From contig JAHPZI010000021.1 in assembly GCA_019058295.1 (NCBI GenBank), positions 1-64,000 of the forward strand: DNA of 64,000 bases, in the 5' to 3' direction. Of the stretch, positions 41,501 through 44,500 are shown piece by piece (position 1 is the stretch's first letter; every line of letters begins with the position of its first letter). Made by a program: the position numbers and the translations under genes. The notes beneath the pieces are model-generated. The model ran no database searches. It saw nothing but the letters and a program-made list of their open reading frames with translations, and had not been told where the DNA came from. Source of the stretch: Promethearchaeota archaeon (GTDB lineage: Archaea > Asgardarchaeota > Lokiarchaeia > Sigyniarchaeales > SOKP01).

Positions 41501-44500
41501 TAAGAGCTTCTTGGGTCTATAAGGATTTACCTGCAGCGCTTAGATTTAGAGCTGAGAACAGTCATCTATTCGGAGGTATAAGTACTTTTGACAGCATTTT
41601 TAATACTCGAAAAAGAGCGGAATTATTGAATAAGTTTGCTGAGAATTTTTATGAAAAAATAAAAAAACCAGCTGAAAAGCATTTCAAAGAGCTTTTTGAG
41701 AAATTTTCGGTAGAGGAGGTTTTCAAGAAAATGTTTTTTGATGGTAATGTCTATTCATCCGAAGCTAAGAAGAGGTTCATGGATGAGAACGGTTTATTAA
41801 AGACAAAAGAATGGAATAAATGGGTTAAATTCTGGGAGAAATATTACAAGGATCACTATTCAAAAATGTTTAAAAATACTGATGCTGACACGATGGAATG
41901 GCTTATTAATAATCGTATTGGTGCTGTTATTGCGGATTATATTTCGAGGGAATTTCTTAAAACCGGAAAGGTGCAACCGAGTACCGAGGGGGTTTCATAC
42001 TCAACACAAGATGATATGATTAATAATATGCAAGAGCTAATGAATAGAGATGACTTAGATTTCCAGATTAGAAAGATGATTGCTCATTTTTCTGTAGGTA
42101 AAGGTCAAACAGCACTTTATCAAGCGATTGCTGAGTGTGTTGAAAATGGAGTGAAAGAGGAATCATTAATAGTTAACAATAATCCTGGAGCTTATATTGG
42201 TGCCATTTTAGAAGCACAGTATAAATTTTCTGTCGCTGTGGTGGCCATGGCAGAGGCATTTAAAAAGATTGGATTTAAGGAAATAGATGGCGCATATCAA
42301 TGGATGGAGTATACAAGTTATATGAAATTGCGAGGTGATTTTGTTTCAGATGGATTAAAGGCTTCCAACGAAAAAGACAACAAAATAATTGCTGATCTAT
42401 ATGAGCGTATGCTTAATGCCGACATTAAAGCCTCTAAGTATGCTCCTCAAGACGCCCGAATATTTGATTGTCTAGTTGCCATATTTAGAGAGAGTATTTT
42501 ATCGTTCCATTGTAAGAACACTGGAAAACTGATAAGGAATGGTAAGCTCTCAAAGTCATTATCCAATACTCAATTAAAAGGTTTAGCTGCGGACTCTCTT
42601 TCAACAATATTTCCAGATGTATTTCTTTATTTATTCGAAGAAAATTCCAGACCTGATCGAAAGCATATCTCGGAGTTAGTTGGTCCTGTAGATATAAATA
42701 CAATAAATAAACTTTTAGAACAAAGGGTCGCAATGGATAAACTTTCTAAGGTAATAGGTTCTGATGGGACTCTTAAGGGTCCTGCCGAACAAGCTTTCTA
42801 TCAAGAGATTGTTGAACTTATAAATAAGGAAATAAAGAAGGAGGGAAAGACGACAAAGCAAGAAGTTAAGGACTTAATATTTAAATTAATTAACGATCCA
42901 GATATATATAAAAAATTCAAAGATATAGCTAAAAAGACATTTGGAAAGGATAAAGCAAAGCAGATGGGAACTACTTTTTATTCAGATGCCAGAAACAAAT
43001 TTACCAATTCAAAGGTTCTCGATACATTAATTTGTACATATTCTGGAGGCGTGGAGGTGGTGTGGGTCACTGATCTGGGATTCCATCTTAAGACCGATAT
43101 AACTTTACCTTTTAATTCTTTGCCAAATAACATTAGATATTATGATCCAACTGACTCAAATTTTGTGTCAGACTCAGCTATTCTTACTAAATCTAAATCT
43201 ATTCTTACCAATTCTAAATTTGGCGAACTTATAGAGAGAGGTTTCGTTTTTATGGTGTGTCATATCAGAAACGGTCCTAATCAAGCTGAGAACTTTCTTT
43301 TTGCAATCCCACCTGGGGTTGAATTTGGTAAGATATATGATTCATTTAGCCTTCCAGAGAACGCTTTTGTCGGGTACTATAACAAAGAGGACGGCAAGAG
43401 ATATATTGTACTTTTAAACGATCGCCAAGGAAATGTCTTATTTAATAAGTTTGTTCTGGTGGCAGGGGAGTTTCAGGATTTAGGAGAGAATTGGTACGAG
43501 ACAAACTGGGATGAGGAGGAAAGAGAGATAATATATGAAGGAAGGATAGTGAAAATGAAAGTCTTAGAGTACGTTCGCTCAATGATATGGTCAACCGGTA
43601 AATCGTTCCTTCCTTTTATTCAAGAAGCCGAGTATAGGGTTGTCCCTGTAGATGCCTATAATACACATTTACCCGCAGAAAAAATTTCCCCCGCGACAAA
43701 GAGAAGTAGACTTGAGGTAATACTTAATCCTAATCCAGATCCAAAGACTTTAGAGAAGCTAAAGAGTCTTGCTACCGTGCTTTATCAGATGACCGGAACA
43801 ATTAGCCTAAGGCGAAAAAGAGCAGAAGTTAAGCAATTATTTTACACGAATGATTTTCTTAATCTTTTCAATGATGGAGAACTATATACTATTCTTGGGT
43901 TCAGCGAAATCATAAGAAAGGGATTAGCACCAAGAGATGGAGATTTCATTAATACTCCGGGTAATGTACTTTATGATCCTAATCTCGCTACTGATTGGCT
44001 CAAATTAATTAATAGACATTCGGTGTCAAGGGATCCCAATACTGGTGATCTGAAATTAGAGCTTAATAAAGCAACCGATAAGGAATTTTATAATGCATGG
44101 CTGACATTAATTCAGAATGACATAAGACGTGGTGGCTCAAGGTTTATTGATTATGCCCGTCTCTTATTTAAAATAAATCCAGAGACCGGTTATCCCGATC
44201 TGACTCAACCAAAAAGATTTTCTCTCGGTAGATACTTCACTGTTGATGAAAGAACAACTTCCTATACCAATGATATTGCTCTAGTCGAGGCAATTGATAA
44301 GACAATGACAGGGATATTCGGACATACTGGATACGCGTTAATATTCTCCGGCATGATGTCATTTACCGAAGATGCATCATCTCCTAATAGAATTAGGGTA
44401 GATTCACTCTTATTTAGTTTGGAGCAATTAGGTGCTCTTTTCAACAGGTTTGGTATTAAAGCGCTTAATACAAGATTAGGAGAGCTTGGTGTTTATAGAA

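Noticed and set aside
43180-43221. 21-bp tandem duplication (ILTKSKS/ILTNSKF) in the giant gene
   Set aside because: Ordinary local slippage with no wider pattern.
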